This document shows positions 52,590-64,000 of a stretch of DNA of 64,000 nt, one piece after another. Source of the stretch: Octopus vulgaris. Lineage: Eukaryota. Numbering within the stretch: position 1 is the stretch's first letter; the number at the start of each line of letters is the position of its first letter. The stretch lies in assembly GCA_951406725.2 (NCBI GenBank), contig OX597818.1:137330001-137394000 (forward strand), read 5' to 3'. The notes below the pieces were generated by a model. That model ran no database searches, was not told the origin of the DNA, and saw only the letters and a program-made list of their open reading frames with translations. A program made the position numbers and the translations under genes.

Positions 52590-53200
52590 TGGGGGGAACG
52601 ATGTGTGTGTGTGTGGGGCAATGTGTGTGTGGGGTGATGTGTGTGTGTGAGGTGTGTGTATGTGTGTGAGCTTGTGTGCGTTCCAGTGTGTGTGCATTTG
52701 CGTGTGTGTGCATGTGATGTGCCTGTGTGTGATGTATATGTGTGTGATGTATGCGTGTGTGTGATGCATGTGTGTATGAGTGTTTGTGTGTGTGGGGGGA
52801 ATGATGTGTGTGTGGGGCAATGTGTGTGTGGGGTGATGTGTGTGTGTGAGGTGTGTGTATGTGTGTGAGCTTGTGTGCGTTTGCGCGTGTGCGTTTGCGC
52901 GTGTGTGTATGCGATGTTCCTGTGTATGATGTATATGTGTGTGATATATGTGTGTGTGTGTGTGATGCATGTGTGACATGTGTGTATGAGTGTTTGTGTG
53001 TGTGTGGGGGGGGGGGAATGATGTGTGTGTGTGGGGCAATGTGTGTGTGGGGTGATGTGTGTGTGTGTGAGGTGTGTGTATGTGTGTGAGCTTGTGTGCG
53101 TTTGCGCGTGTGTGTATGCGATGTGCCTGTGTGTGATGTATATGTGTGTGATGTATGTGTGTGTGTGATGCATGTGTGTATGAGTGTTTGTGTGTGTGTG
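52590..53200. repeat. TG-rich minisatellite, ~200-220-bp unit, 3 copies
   Basis: GGGGCAATGTGTGTGTGGGGTGATG...GAGCTTGTGTGCG recurs three times. Confidence 0.85.
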
Positions 53201-53655
53201 TGCGCGCGCGCGCAAGTGTATGTGCGTGTGTGAAGGAGTTATGTGCAGTGCACAATTGCCAGAAAAACGCTTGGGAAAATGCTAAGAATTTATCTGAAGC
53301 CGTGTTCTTTGTAAATTCGCTTCAGAAAATGGTAATTAAGGGGTCTGAACATTTTGTATAGATCTATTTTGCATCTTGGAGTTCTGGTCACAATTCTAGA
53401 TTTTGCTTGATGTATAAACATCTAGTATCAAGGACCTTTGTGACGGGTGGTAGGATTGGGTGAATGTGGTGGAGATCAGCCCCGAATAATTACAACCGAA
53501 TAGACTTCGATGAATGAACCCCTAAAAATCAACGTAGTGTTGTGAAACCATCAACCAGATGAAATTCCACAACCCCGAAAAAGGAACCGTTCCTCTGATT
53601 GGGTTCTGCACAGATTTTCTTTATCAAATTTCACGCCTAAGACAATGACAAAATA

Positions 53656-54265
53656 CGAGTGGTTGCAGAAAAGTTCCTGGTTTTGGGTAAAAGATAAAAC
53701 AGGAGTATCAGTTAATTATGGTTTTATCCAACTCTCTTTTACTCTCTCTTTTATTCTTTTACTTGTTTCAGTCATTTGACTGCGGCCATGCTGGAGCACC
53801 GCCTTTAGTCGAGCAACTCGACCCCGGGACTTATTCTTTGTAAGCCCAGTACTTATTCTATCGGTTTCTTTTGCCGAACCGCTAAGTTACGGGGACATAA
53901 ACACACCAGCATCTGTTGTCAAGCAATGCTAGGGGGACAAACACGCACACATATATATATATATATATATATACATATATACGACGGGCTTCTTTCAGTT
54001 TCCGTCTAGCAAATCCACTCACAAGGCTTTGGTCGGCCCGAGGCTATGGTAGAAGACACTTGCCCAAGGTGCCACGCAGTGGGACTGAACCTGGAACCAT
54101 GTGGTTGGCAAACAAGCTACTTACCAAACAGCCATTCTGTGATTCACACACTTATTACAACAGTCCTTCAATTTTCTGAGCTCTGTAAAAGAATTCGGAA
54201 GTTTGGGCCTCCAACCAGGCCTTTCGCGACACCCTTGGAATCAAGAACTTTTCAGCATCCCCTCA
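53656..54265. mobile_element. Mariner-type MITE carrying a nested family-B SINE
   Basis: TA|CGAGTGGTTGCAGAAAAGTTCCT on the left and AAGAACTTTTCAGCATCCCCTCA|TA on the right. Confidence 0.75.
53731..54139 (-). mobile_element. SINE family B, full length
   Basis: Reverse complement of 34324. Confidence 0.93.
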
Positions 54266-54271
54266 TATAAT

Positions 54272-54449
54272 ACAGTTCTATATTTAAGAGATGAGGAATT
54301 ACGTACGTTATTTACAATTGATGGATATTTGTCCTCATCTTGTTTTTTTGTTAACAACAAACAAAATGAGGACAAATATGGCGTAGTGGTTAAGAGCGCA
54401 CGCTACTAACCCCAAGATTCCGAGTTCAGTTCCAGGCAGTGACCTGAAA

Positions 54450-54499
<50 letters not shown>

Positions 54500-54680
54500 T
54501 AATAATAATAATGATAATAATAATAACATCATCAAAAAATGCCTCAGGAATGAGAACCCAGGTTCGAAATTTTCCCAAGACACCTGATGAAGGCTGGAGG
54601 GTATATCAGCTGAAATGTTGTGTTAACAACAAACACGATGAGGACAAATACCCATCACTTGTAAATAATGTAAATAATGT
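54272..54680 (+). mobile_element. Non-coding element: inverted PLE tail, tRNA-like head, (AAT)n, hammerhead, PLE tail
   Basis: TSD ATCCCCTC(A/C)TATA(A/T)T at 54257-54271 and 54681-54695. A-box TGGCGTAGTGG at 54379 and B-box-like GAGTTCAGTTCC. The tail is shared with the Penelope RT copy at 40339. Confidence 0.8.
54579..54624 (+). ncRNA. Minimal type I hammerhead ribozyme (PLE type)
   Basis: GACAC CTGATGA A GGCTG-GAGGGTATAT-CAGCT GAAA TGTT GTGTT. Predicted cleavage is after 54619; two positions look like CpG-type decay. Confidence 0.75.
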
Positions 54681-55793
54681 ATCCCCTCCTATATTCGTCT
54701 GCAAACTATAGCCCTTTTACACATTAAAAGGGAACTCGTCACCAGAGAGTTAGATGACCAATGTTTTAAAACCTATCTTGTGCTCATTAGAAGCTAGTCA
54801 AGCTTACAAAATAATCAGGAAATTGTATAAGGTTTAAAAAGGCGGCATGAAACGAAATGAAGGCATGTGGCTCAATACTTAGGGTGTTAGGTTCCTGAGC
54901 ATAAGGTTATAAGTTCATTTCCTAGGCCGAACGGTGTGTCCTTGTGCAAGGTACATTATTGCGGTTGCTGAAGTTTGCTCAACTGTAATAATGAGCACCA
55001 AATTGTTCACTCCGAAGCCCTTTCTTCCAGCTTTCACATTCTGGATGTTATGCTGTGTCTAGGGGGAAGAGACCGATACTGTATCTATGTTGACTTACAA
55101 TTAATAGTCACCTAAAATAATTACTGGTACAGCCTACTAAACCATATTTGTACGCGTGCAAGGATGATTGATTGATTTTTGTTTTGCTTTTTGTATATTT
55201 TGGGTGCGATGAATCTACACTTTTAACAGGATACCTAGGTAAAGTTCTCGCTATTTTATTAATGCCTTTGTCAATACACATTTTCAATAAGCTATATCAA
55301 TTATAACTATCCAGACGTTTATCCTGAAAATCAATTTGATTTTTGTGCATAAATTAGTCTCAGAATATGCGACAATCATAACCTTTATTGGCCACCAAGG
55401 CACATTTAAATTAGAGCGCATTTTCTGTTGGACACACACACGAAAAAACACAAGGAATGGCACAATTAAAAGAAGAACGGTCGGACATTAAACAACAATC
55501 CAGTGTTGTTGGAGATGTCGACTTCAAGAGTCTGGGAAACTTTTTCTTTCAATTCCACAGAGTCAATTTTTGTCTTTCAGACAGAATTTAATAAGAACTA
55601 TCGTAGCTCAATGAGGAAATCAGACGGAAATTTTAATGGAATAAATAATCATATTAGATGATTTTATTTAAATTCTTTTATGCGCAAGTGCATGTGTTGT
55701 ACCAACGCATGCACCCAGTGAAAGAGAGAGAACGGCAAGTGTACATGAATGCAAAACAGAGAAAAAACAGAAGACAAAGAGAAAGAAAGAAAG

Positions 55794-55827
<34 letters not shown>

Positions 55828-55983
55828 GGAGAACGAGACAGACGGAGGCAGAAAATACAGGGGTCTGTTTAATAGACAGTGCAAAGAGACAGTGTATTGT
55901 TTATTAGTTCTTAGTACAGACTTGATGTCAGTCTATTGTTTCTGTTGGATTAGATTGCATAGCTTCTGTTCTGTCCACTGCAG

Positions 55984-56111
55984 GATGAAGGCCTCGGCAC
56001 GTTCTCTCCGCCCACCACGGAATGACGTGGAGGCCGTGAATTTGAGCTCGAGTTCATACTGGTTTCATGTGTCTTCTTTGCTACACTGGCTCGACATGGC
56101 ATGACAGAAAG
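55984..56111 (+). other. Candidate exon of an unidentified host gene
   Basis: Acceptor TTCTGTTCTGTCCACTGCAG, 128 nt of GC-rich unique sequence, donor AAG|GTACAG. All three frames contain a stop (one reads DEGLGTFSPPTTE*). Confidence 0.3.
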
Positions 56112-56136
56112 GTACAGTATGACATATGCATACACC

Positions 56137-56184
<48 letters not shown>

Positions 56185-59049
56185 TATACACGTATACATT
56201 GAATTATGTAACTGATGAAAATACCTTAGGGAGGCGTCGATCTGTAAGCAAAAAACGAATAAGGTAGGGTTCATATATGTAATAGAGTGTTGAAAATCTT
56301 AGTTGAGTGAAGTTCTTCAAGTCACTAATGCATACTGTACTATGATATAAAATAATATAGTATAATTTAATATAATGCGATATAATATAATATAATATAA
56401 TATAATATAATATAATATTATATAATATTATATAATATATATATATATATAACCCGATCATGGGTGTGTGTTAGTGTGTGTGTGTATGCATGTATGTATG
56501 TATGTATGTATAAATGTATGTATGTATGCATGTATGTATGTATAGCGTGAAAGAGGTCAACTTTTGCATGCTTCCTAAAGTGTATAAGAAACCGTAAGAT
56601 ATATCGGCAGGAAAAAAAATGTAGTAAAAAAGAGAATGTACGAAAGACTGGGAAAATAATAAACTCAATTGGTTAAAATGAAATATTTTATTACCGAGCA
56701 ATCAATCATTTTAATTACAACCTGCGACAGACGTCTCCATTTTCAAATCGGGATCTTCTGGTAATGTTATGCCTGGATCTAAAAGCAGTGGGGACGAATA
56801 AACAAAAGTAAAAAAAATGAAAAGAAAATTTAATGTCTATTTGAAGAATTAAAATAAAAAAAATATTGTGAAGATAAAAAAAGAAACGAGAGGAGGCTGA
56901 AATGAAGGAACGGAGGACAAAAGACTGGAAGCAAAAAGCAAAATGGTGGCATGAAGCAAGGATTTTTCTATTGTCACTCGCCATTATCAGAGATGTTTGA
57001 TTAAGAAAACAAAGATAGCAGTCAACTTTTAAAGCGATTTTTGATTTAGTAGTCACCAATTGTATTCGGACGCTATTTTTGCAAGAGAAATTTTAAAGCG
57101 AAGATCTTGCTTCATATTGAAGCCAAAGTAAAAGAAATACTGATAGCTGTATTTGGTAAAGGGTGTGGTGGTAATGTTTGTATTGGTTTTAAATTATGTT
57201 TATTCCAATTTTGCACTGTCGCGCCCCAATGTTTCATACATTTTTTTTTCATTTTTTATCGATTTTTGTCTGAGCTATTCAGTTTCTGAATGTGATTCAA
57301 TTAATCAAGGAATAATAATAAATCGAACGGTGAAGATATTTTCTGTCGATTATTGTTACTGAAATAACAGATACGGAAATATAAATAGAACCTGCATGAT
57401 AAGGTTAATGTAAAATTTGAATAGCCACGAAGTCTATATTCAAATATTTCTCCTTGAGTCCCTCTTGGAAAAACCATGCCTATTGTAATCGTATTCTATT
57501 CAACAAAATAGGTTGCTTGTATAGTTCTGATAAACGGACATTAGATTTCACTAGCTTGGGTTGATTGCATAATTACAGATCACTAAGCTTCTAATTTCAG
57601 GTTCAAATCCATCTTAATCCAAGTGCCTAATAGTGCAACGATATCCATCGAAGCGGATCCATTCATCAGAGTGATCTTATCGGCTAACAACGAGAGTAAA
57701 ATGAGTTCATTAAAATGTCTTAGATATACATGGTAAAACGAATTAAAAGGAATTAATCTTGGTATTGTAAATCTCTGCTCACCAGTCAATCTTTATTTAG
57801 CTCCTCTACTGAAAGGTTGTGCAATTTCTCTTTGTTTTCCAGCTTGCCACAGTTGCCGAGAGTCATAGCATTTCCAAAGAGCATATGCACTCTCAAACCT
57901 ATAGATATATTCATAAACACACATCCACAAGAACAAGTATATACATGCAAGCATGCATAACGCCTAACTACATACGTGCAAACATCCATGCGTACGTACA
58001 TACATACATTCACACATATACACATACATACAAACACATACATATGCACACATATATACATACACACATATATACATACATACATACATACATATGCACA
58101 CATACATACACAAATATATACATACAAACACACATACATACATACACACTTACATTCATACATACATACATGCAAACACATACATACACATGCATATATA
58201 TACACACATACATACATATACACATACACATACATACACACATACATATATACATACATCCATTCATACAAACACAGATACATACACACACGTACATACA
58301 TATATACATACATACATATACACACACATGCACATACATTCATACATACATGCGTACATACTAACATATATCCATACACAAATTCATAAATACCTACATG
58401 CATATATACATACAAACATACACACATAAATACATACATACATACTACATATATTCATACATACATATATACATACATACATACATACATATATACATAT
58501 ATACATACATACGTACGTATGTACGTACGTACATACATACATACATGGTTATTGCCTCGTCTCGTCAGATGATAGCCGTCTCTCATTCAGCCTGATTGTT
58601 TTGATTTTATTTCCATACCTGCATGTGCTCAGATATGACTTTTGACGCCACATTAAGACTTTATAAAATACAAAATTGATCAAAAAATTAAATGTTAGAC
58701 ATTTGTAGGTCATTGAATTTCAGTGAAAAACATTTGTACAACACTTTTGGTACCCTTTTGGTCGCTGTATTTGTAACTGGGCTTCCATGTGACATGAATT
58801 GCAAATGTTTAAGTCCTCCTGATACCATTTTCACTGCAAGTTTTATGTTAGGGTACGTTTCTGCTACAAGAGTTGCCTTAGTATGGTGTTCACCCAAAGC
58901 AACAGAAGCCTCCTCTACCCTGGGGATAATCTATTAAATCCATAGATGGAACCCTGAGAGGTATTACTACTCTGGGTCAGAACGGATCTGGGAGAAATGG
59001 TAATCAAGAAGTGATTTCACCCTCCCCACAACTCAAGAACTCCCTAGCT

Positions 59050-59571
59050 CAGGAGTAGGAAAAACCCCGCCCGCAGGCACAATTGCACCCGCAAGACAAT
59101 TTTATTTTGCCCACAGGCTGATATATTCGTATGTACAAAATATAGTAAATTTTTAAATTATAAAATTTATACACTATTCATATTCCTATTTGCGACATAG
59201 GTCGCGTTTCCACTCCGACTTTAAACGGTTAGATTCGAACAGAAACTCGTCCGGTAATTGCCATTTGAATGAAAATTTTGTTTTCCCATAAAACACATAT
59301 TGCCAGATTTGTACCACCCCATTGAAACCCAACTACACTCTAGCTGAAAAATATAGAAACCTCAGAAGTAATATAAATGTCCTAAATTCAGTGGCGGCGT
59401 TAATGAAGATGTTATACGTTAATTTAAACTTATGTTTATTAATGTATATCGAATTATACATAGATATATACAAGATCTACACAGATATAAGAGTTAGAAC
59501 ATGTGATCAGCCCGTGGACCTTTTTCTTTGTAAATTTTTTCCCGCCGCACTAAAAAGTTTCCCCACTCCTG
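59050..59571. mobile_element. hAT (Charlie-like) MITE
   Basis: TIRs CAGGAGTAGGAAAAA and AAGTTTCCCCACTCCTG; 8-bp TSD CCCTAGCT/CCCTAACT; subterminal GCCCGC motifs. Confidence 0.85.
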
Positions 59572-59621
59572 CCCTAACTGGAGCCTCACCACCAGACAGA
59601 GTTTAATATCATACCCAGTTT

Positions 59622-59652
<31 letters not shown>

Positions 59653-60402
59653 CATACGTACATACATACATACATACATACATACATACATACATACATA
59701 CATACATACATACATGCATACATACATACGTACGTTCATACATATATACATACATACATACATACATACATACATACATAATGAAACCTGCAGCTTCTTT
59801 GCTCTGATTATAACTTTTATACCACTAATTATTGTAATTGGCTGTGTTGGTTAATGCTAAGCGACATTCTAGAAAAGGTAGGATTCCAGGAAGAAGAATG
59901 AAGTCAGCCAGCTTCCATTTTGAGAATAGTAATAGTGTAATGTGTATAATTTTACACTGACAGAAAGGTTCACACACACACACACAGACACACACACGAT
60001 ACTAGTGTTGCTGCTGCTGATGATGATGAGGATGAGGGACCAATTTGTAAATATATGCACATTCTTATTGTTTATAATTCCTTAGTCATTAAGGAACTAA
60101 TAATTTACTCCCCTTTACAGGCCGAGTGTTATTTTTGTTTAATTTCTCATTTGACCGCCTTTACAACATCTTAGCATGTGTAATTTCCTAGGGATAAACC
60201 AATCTAATATTTGATTTCTATAATATTTATGCGATTAAATTCATTGAATATTTTTCTGCTTGCGCTGCTAAGAACTATCTAAAAAGTTATTGAAACATAC
60301 CTACTTTCTCTTTTCTCTGTCCATATATGATGTGTGTGTGTGTACGTGTATGTATGTATGTAAGTATGTATGTATTATGTGTGTGTGTGTGTGTGTGTGT
60401 GA

Positions 60403-60725
60403 AGGCGCGTGGCTTAGTGGTTGGGGCATTCGGCTCACGATTGTAAGGTCGTGAGTTCGATTCCCAGCGACGCGTTGTGTCCTTGAGCAAGACACTTCAT
60501 TTCCCGTTGCCCCAGTCCACTCAGCTGGCAAAAATGAGTTGTACCTGTATTTCAAAAGGCCCGGCCTTGTTACACTCTGTGTCTCGCTGAACCTCCCCGA
60601 GAACTACGTTAAGGGCACGCGTGTCTGTGGATTGCTCAGTCACTTACACGTTAATTTCACGAGCAGGCTGTTCCGTTGATCGTATCAGCTGGGACCCTCG
60701 TCGTCGTAACCGACAGAGTGCTCCC
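60403..60725 (+). mobile_element. SINE: different tRNA head and CORE-like domain joined to the family-A tail
   Basis: B-box GAGTTCGATTCC and TGTGTCCTTGAGCAAGACACTT; from TTGTACCTGTATTTCAAA onward it matches family A. Confidence 0.9.
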
Positions 60726-61039
60726 ATGTATGTATATATAGGTGGATGGATGTCAACGGACGGATGTCAACATTCAGATTCATCTCAAGATTACTTGTCA
60801 ATAGAGAAGAGAATGTTTGTAACCTAGATCCAAGTCTCCTTGATTGGAATTTCAACATCAAGTACAGGTTATTTTGTATGTATGTACATGTATGTATGTA
60901 TGTATGTATGTATGTATGTATGTATGTATGTATGTATGTATGTATATACGAATGTATACGTGCAGAGCTGTATGTTTTGTATTATGTATGTCTTCTCATG
61001 CACATACTTGCATATCTAACTAAACATGCTCATATATAA

Positions 61040-61215
61040 AGGGAAAGTTTACGAAAATAAACAAAAGACGAAGGCAGGTTGTGTAGAAAACAAACAGATG
61101 TATTAGTATAGCGCTCAGGAATAGGAAAAGTCTTTTACCTTTCGAGCCTACACTCTTCTACAGAAAGGGACACAGAAAAACAAGGAGAGAAAAAAATGTG
61201 TGTAGTAGCTTTAAA
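61040..61215 (-). mobile_element. Penelope-type pseudo-LTR fragment with a hammerhead-like motif (CUGUAGA core)
   Basis: Reverse complement of 61132-61167: CTTT CTGTAGA A GAGT-GTAG-GCTC GAAA GGTA AAAG. Confidence 0.6.
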
Positions 61216-61925
61216 TGATAAACTTGAGGAAAGTTTTACAGATTTTTACAGTGCCAGTGCACATACATGCATACTTACATAAATACGTGTATATATGCTT
61301 GTATGCATGTATGTATTTGTGTGTGTGTTTGAATGTGCGTTCTCTCACATAGATTTACATACCAACTCACTCATATTTGTTGTACAGCTGTATGGTTGTA
61401 GAGTGCACAGTTTTATTACCACGAAAAACAAACTATAAATCAAACTAAAATACAAAGAAATAAACTTTTGCACTTTTCTCAACTTTTCTATAAAGAAAAC
61501 AAAACTTTGCTACGCACACACACACACACACACACACAGTCTATTGAGTCCATTCAATGGACGATCTATTCTCAGCGCAGCAGCAATCAATCAGTATTTT
61601 GTAACGGTTCATAGAATTTAGGAGACCAAGTCAAAGTAATTTTTTTTTTCCATATTTTCAATTTTATTATAATTTCTTTGTCAACTTTATCAATGTTTAA
61701 GTAATTTAAACTTGTAAACAATCGATGATTTTCTTTGCATCTCTCTCTCTCTCTCTCTCTCTATTTGTTTTCCTTTTTGTTTCGTTCAATGTTCAGTTTT
61801 TATTTTTTTTTTAATAAGGTTTGCGTAGTCACGGTGTCACAGTTATAGACAAAAACACCAGAGGATATCTCTTTGAAGTACAGCACAGTACTGTTTGGCA
61901 ATTTAAGAGAAAAAAAAAAGTAATA

Positions 61926-61957
<32 letters not shown>

Positions 61958-62446
61958 AATAATAATAATAATGATATTTTACGGTGTTGTTTGTTGAAGT
62001 TAGTATTGTCTTTATATCTCTTCATTGCAGTTTTTGTTGTCGTTGTTGTTGTTGCTGGAAGCAGTTCTTTAGGAATGCAGAGCCTGATGACCTCTTCAAT
62101 CCATTCAGCCACAAGGATGCACTAACGTGTGCTAACGCTATCCTTGCTCCTCTTACCGAGTGACAACGCACGACTTGTTAACCCAATTATTCAAATATCC
62201 CTATAATGTGACAGTGATCCTGTTGAAGCCCTCCGTACCTACATTCATACATACATACATACATACATACATACTTACTTACATACATACATACATACAT
62301 ACATACATTCATACATACATACATACATACATACATACATACATACATACATACATACATACATACATACATACATACATACATACACACATATACATAG
62401 AAACATACACACGTACGTATATATATATATATATATATATGTGTGT

Positions 62447-62829
62447 GGAGGCGCAATGGCCCAGTGGTTAGGGCAGCGGACTCGCGGTCATAGGATTGCG
62501 GTTTCGATTCCCAGACCGGGCGTTGTGAGTGTTTATTGAGCGAAAACACCTAAAAGCTCCACGAGGCTCCGGCAGGGGATGGTGGTGATCCCTGCTGTAC
62601 TCTTTCGCCACAACTTTCTCTCACTCTTACTTCCTGTTTCTGCTGTACCTGTATTTCAAGGGGCCGGCCTTGTCACTCTCTGTGTCACGCTGAATATCTC
62701 CGAGAACTACGTTAAGGGTACACGTGTCTGTGGAGTGCTCAGCGACTTACACGTTAATTTCACGAGCAGGCTGTTCCGTTGATTCGGATCAACCGGAACC
62801 CTCATCGTCGTAACCGACGGAGTGCTTCC
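62447..62829 (+). mobile_element. SINE family A, full length
   Basis: Matches 2117. Confidence 0.95.
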
Positions 62830-63234
62830 ACCATCTATATATATATCGAGAGAGAGAGAAGGGGGAGAGAGGGGAGAGAGAGAAAGAGAGAGGATGTTAG
62901 TTATAGCCGATGCATATGGTTACCCATTATTTCGCGTCCATAGGGTGCTTAGCTTTACAAACATCTCGACATTCCCTAATGGCCGATGGCTTATAGCCTC
63001 CCTTCAAAATGGAAGGACAAAAAGGTTCGTGGCATGTTTTCGAACACACACACCAAAGAAAGGTCAAGCGCAAAGGAATGTCTCTCTTAGACCACTATCA
63101 GGAATCCACCCAGTGAGTGTGGGGGTCCCAGGGTTTCAGTAGGAATCGAAATAGATACATAAGTTTCGGCAGAAAATGGTCCAAACAAAGATTAACTTAA
63201 TAGCACCAGCTGGAAAAGTCATTTAAAGATGCTT

Positions 63235-63313
<79 letters not shown>

Positions 63314-63381
63314 ATACATTTATATATATATACACACACACACACATACATACATACATACATACACACATGTATATATGT

Positions 63382-63628
63382 GGGTGTGGCCATGTGGTAA
63401 GAACCCTAGTGAGTGGAATTAATAGACGGAAACTGAAAGAAGCTCTTTGTGACAACCGATGTTGGTGTGTTTACTTTACCGTTACTTAGTGGTTCGACAA
63501 AGAAACCAATAGGATAAGTATTGAGCTTACAAGGAATAAGTCTAGGGGTCGACTTCTTCAACTAAAACCCTTTAAGGTGTTGCTCAAGCATGGCCTGGTC
63601 ACAGTCAAATGACTGAAACAAGAAAGGA
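63382..63628 (+). mobile_element. SINE family B, old and deleted
   Basis: GACGGAAACTGAAAGAAG and CAGTCAAATGACTGAAACAAG. Confidence 0.75.
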
Positions 63629-63636
63629 AATGAATC

Positions 63637-63698
<62 letters not shown>

Positions 63699-63855
63699 GC
63701 AAGATTTTTTATGTGAAGTCGTGTGTTGAAACAGATATTGTTGAAACAGATATTAAGATTAATGTAAAAAATAAATAACACTGAAGCAAAGTAACACCAA
63801 ATATATAGTGCGTGTGTTTTTATTGGCTAAACTGGCAAAATGACCATTCCTAAAT

Positions 63856-63926
<71 letters not shown>

Positions 63927-64000
63927 CGTGTGTGTATGTATGTATATATATATTTAGTTTACCAAGTTTCGAAATGTAAGCAAAATCACAAAAGGAATAT

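Noticed and set aside
56212-56245. CTGATGA motif
   Set aside because: No downstream stem II followed by GAAA.

Overview
Eukaryotic, AT-rich, repeat-dominated window with no intact protein-coding gene. Nearly all ORFs in the track are microsatellite or SINE read-through. The repeat content resembles an octopod cephalopod genome (inference from remembered SINE families, not a database result). Contents: about 25 tRNA-headed SINE copies in three main families (A, B, C) plus head/tail chimeras; decayed non-LTR retrotransposons (R4/Dong, Tx1, CRE, Ingi/I-like); Penelope-like (PLE) RT remnants; a full-length dead mariner, two fold-back mariner derivatives, a mariner MITE and a hAT MITE; two Helitrons; and many micro/minisatellites. 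Most interesting signals: (1) a TSD-flanked element at 54272-54680 combining a tRNA-like Pol III head, a minimal hammerhead ribozyme and a Penelope pseudo-LTR tail, with the same tail attached to a Penelope RT fragment at 40339-40565, i.e. a candidate Penelope-mobilised ribozyme SINE; (2) SINE family C shares its 3' end with a Tx1 LINE and forms head-less tandem arrays joined at one fixed internal nucleotide; (3) several hammerhead motifs with variant catalytic cores. A few weak + strand exon candidates suggest the window may be intronic. Boundaries were read by eye and are approximate unless a TSD or TIR is cited.
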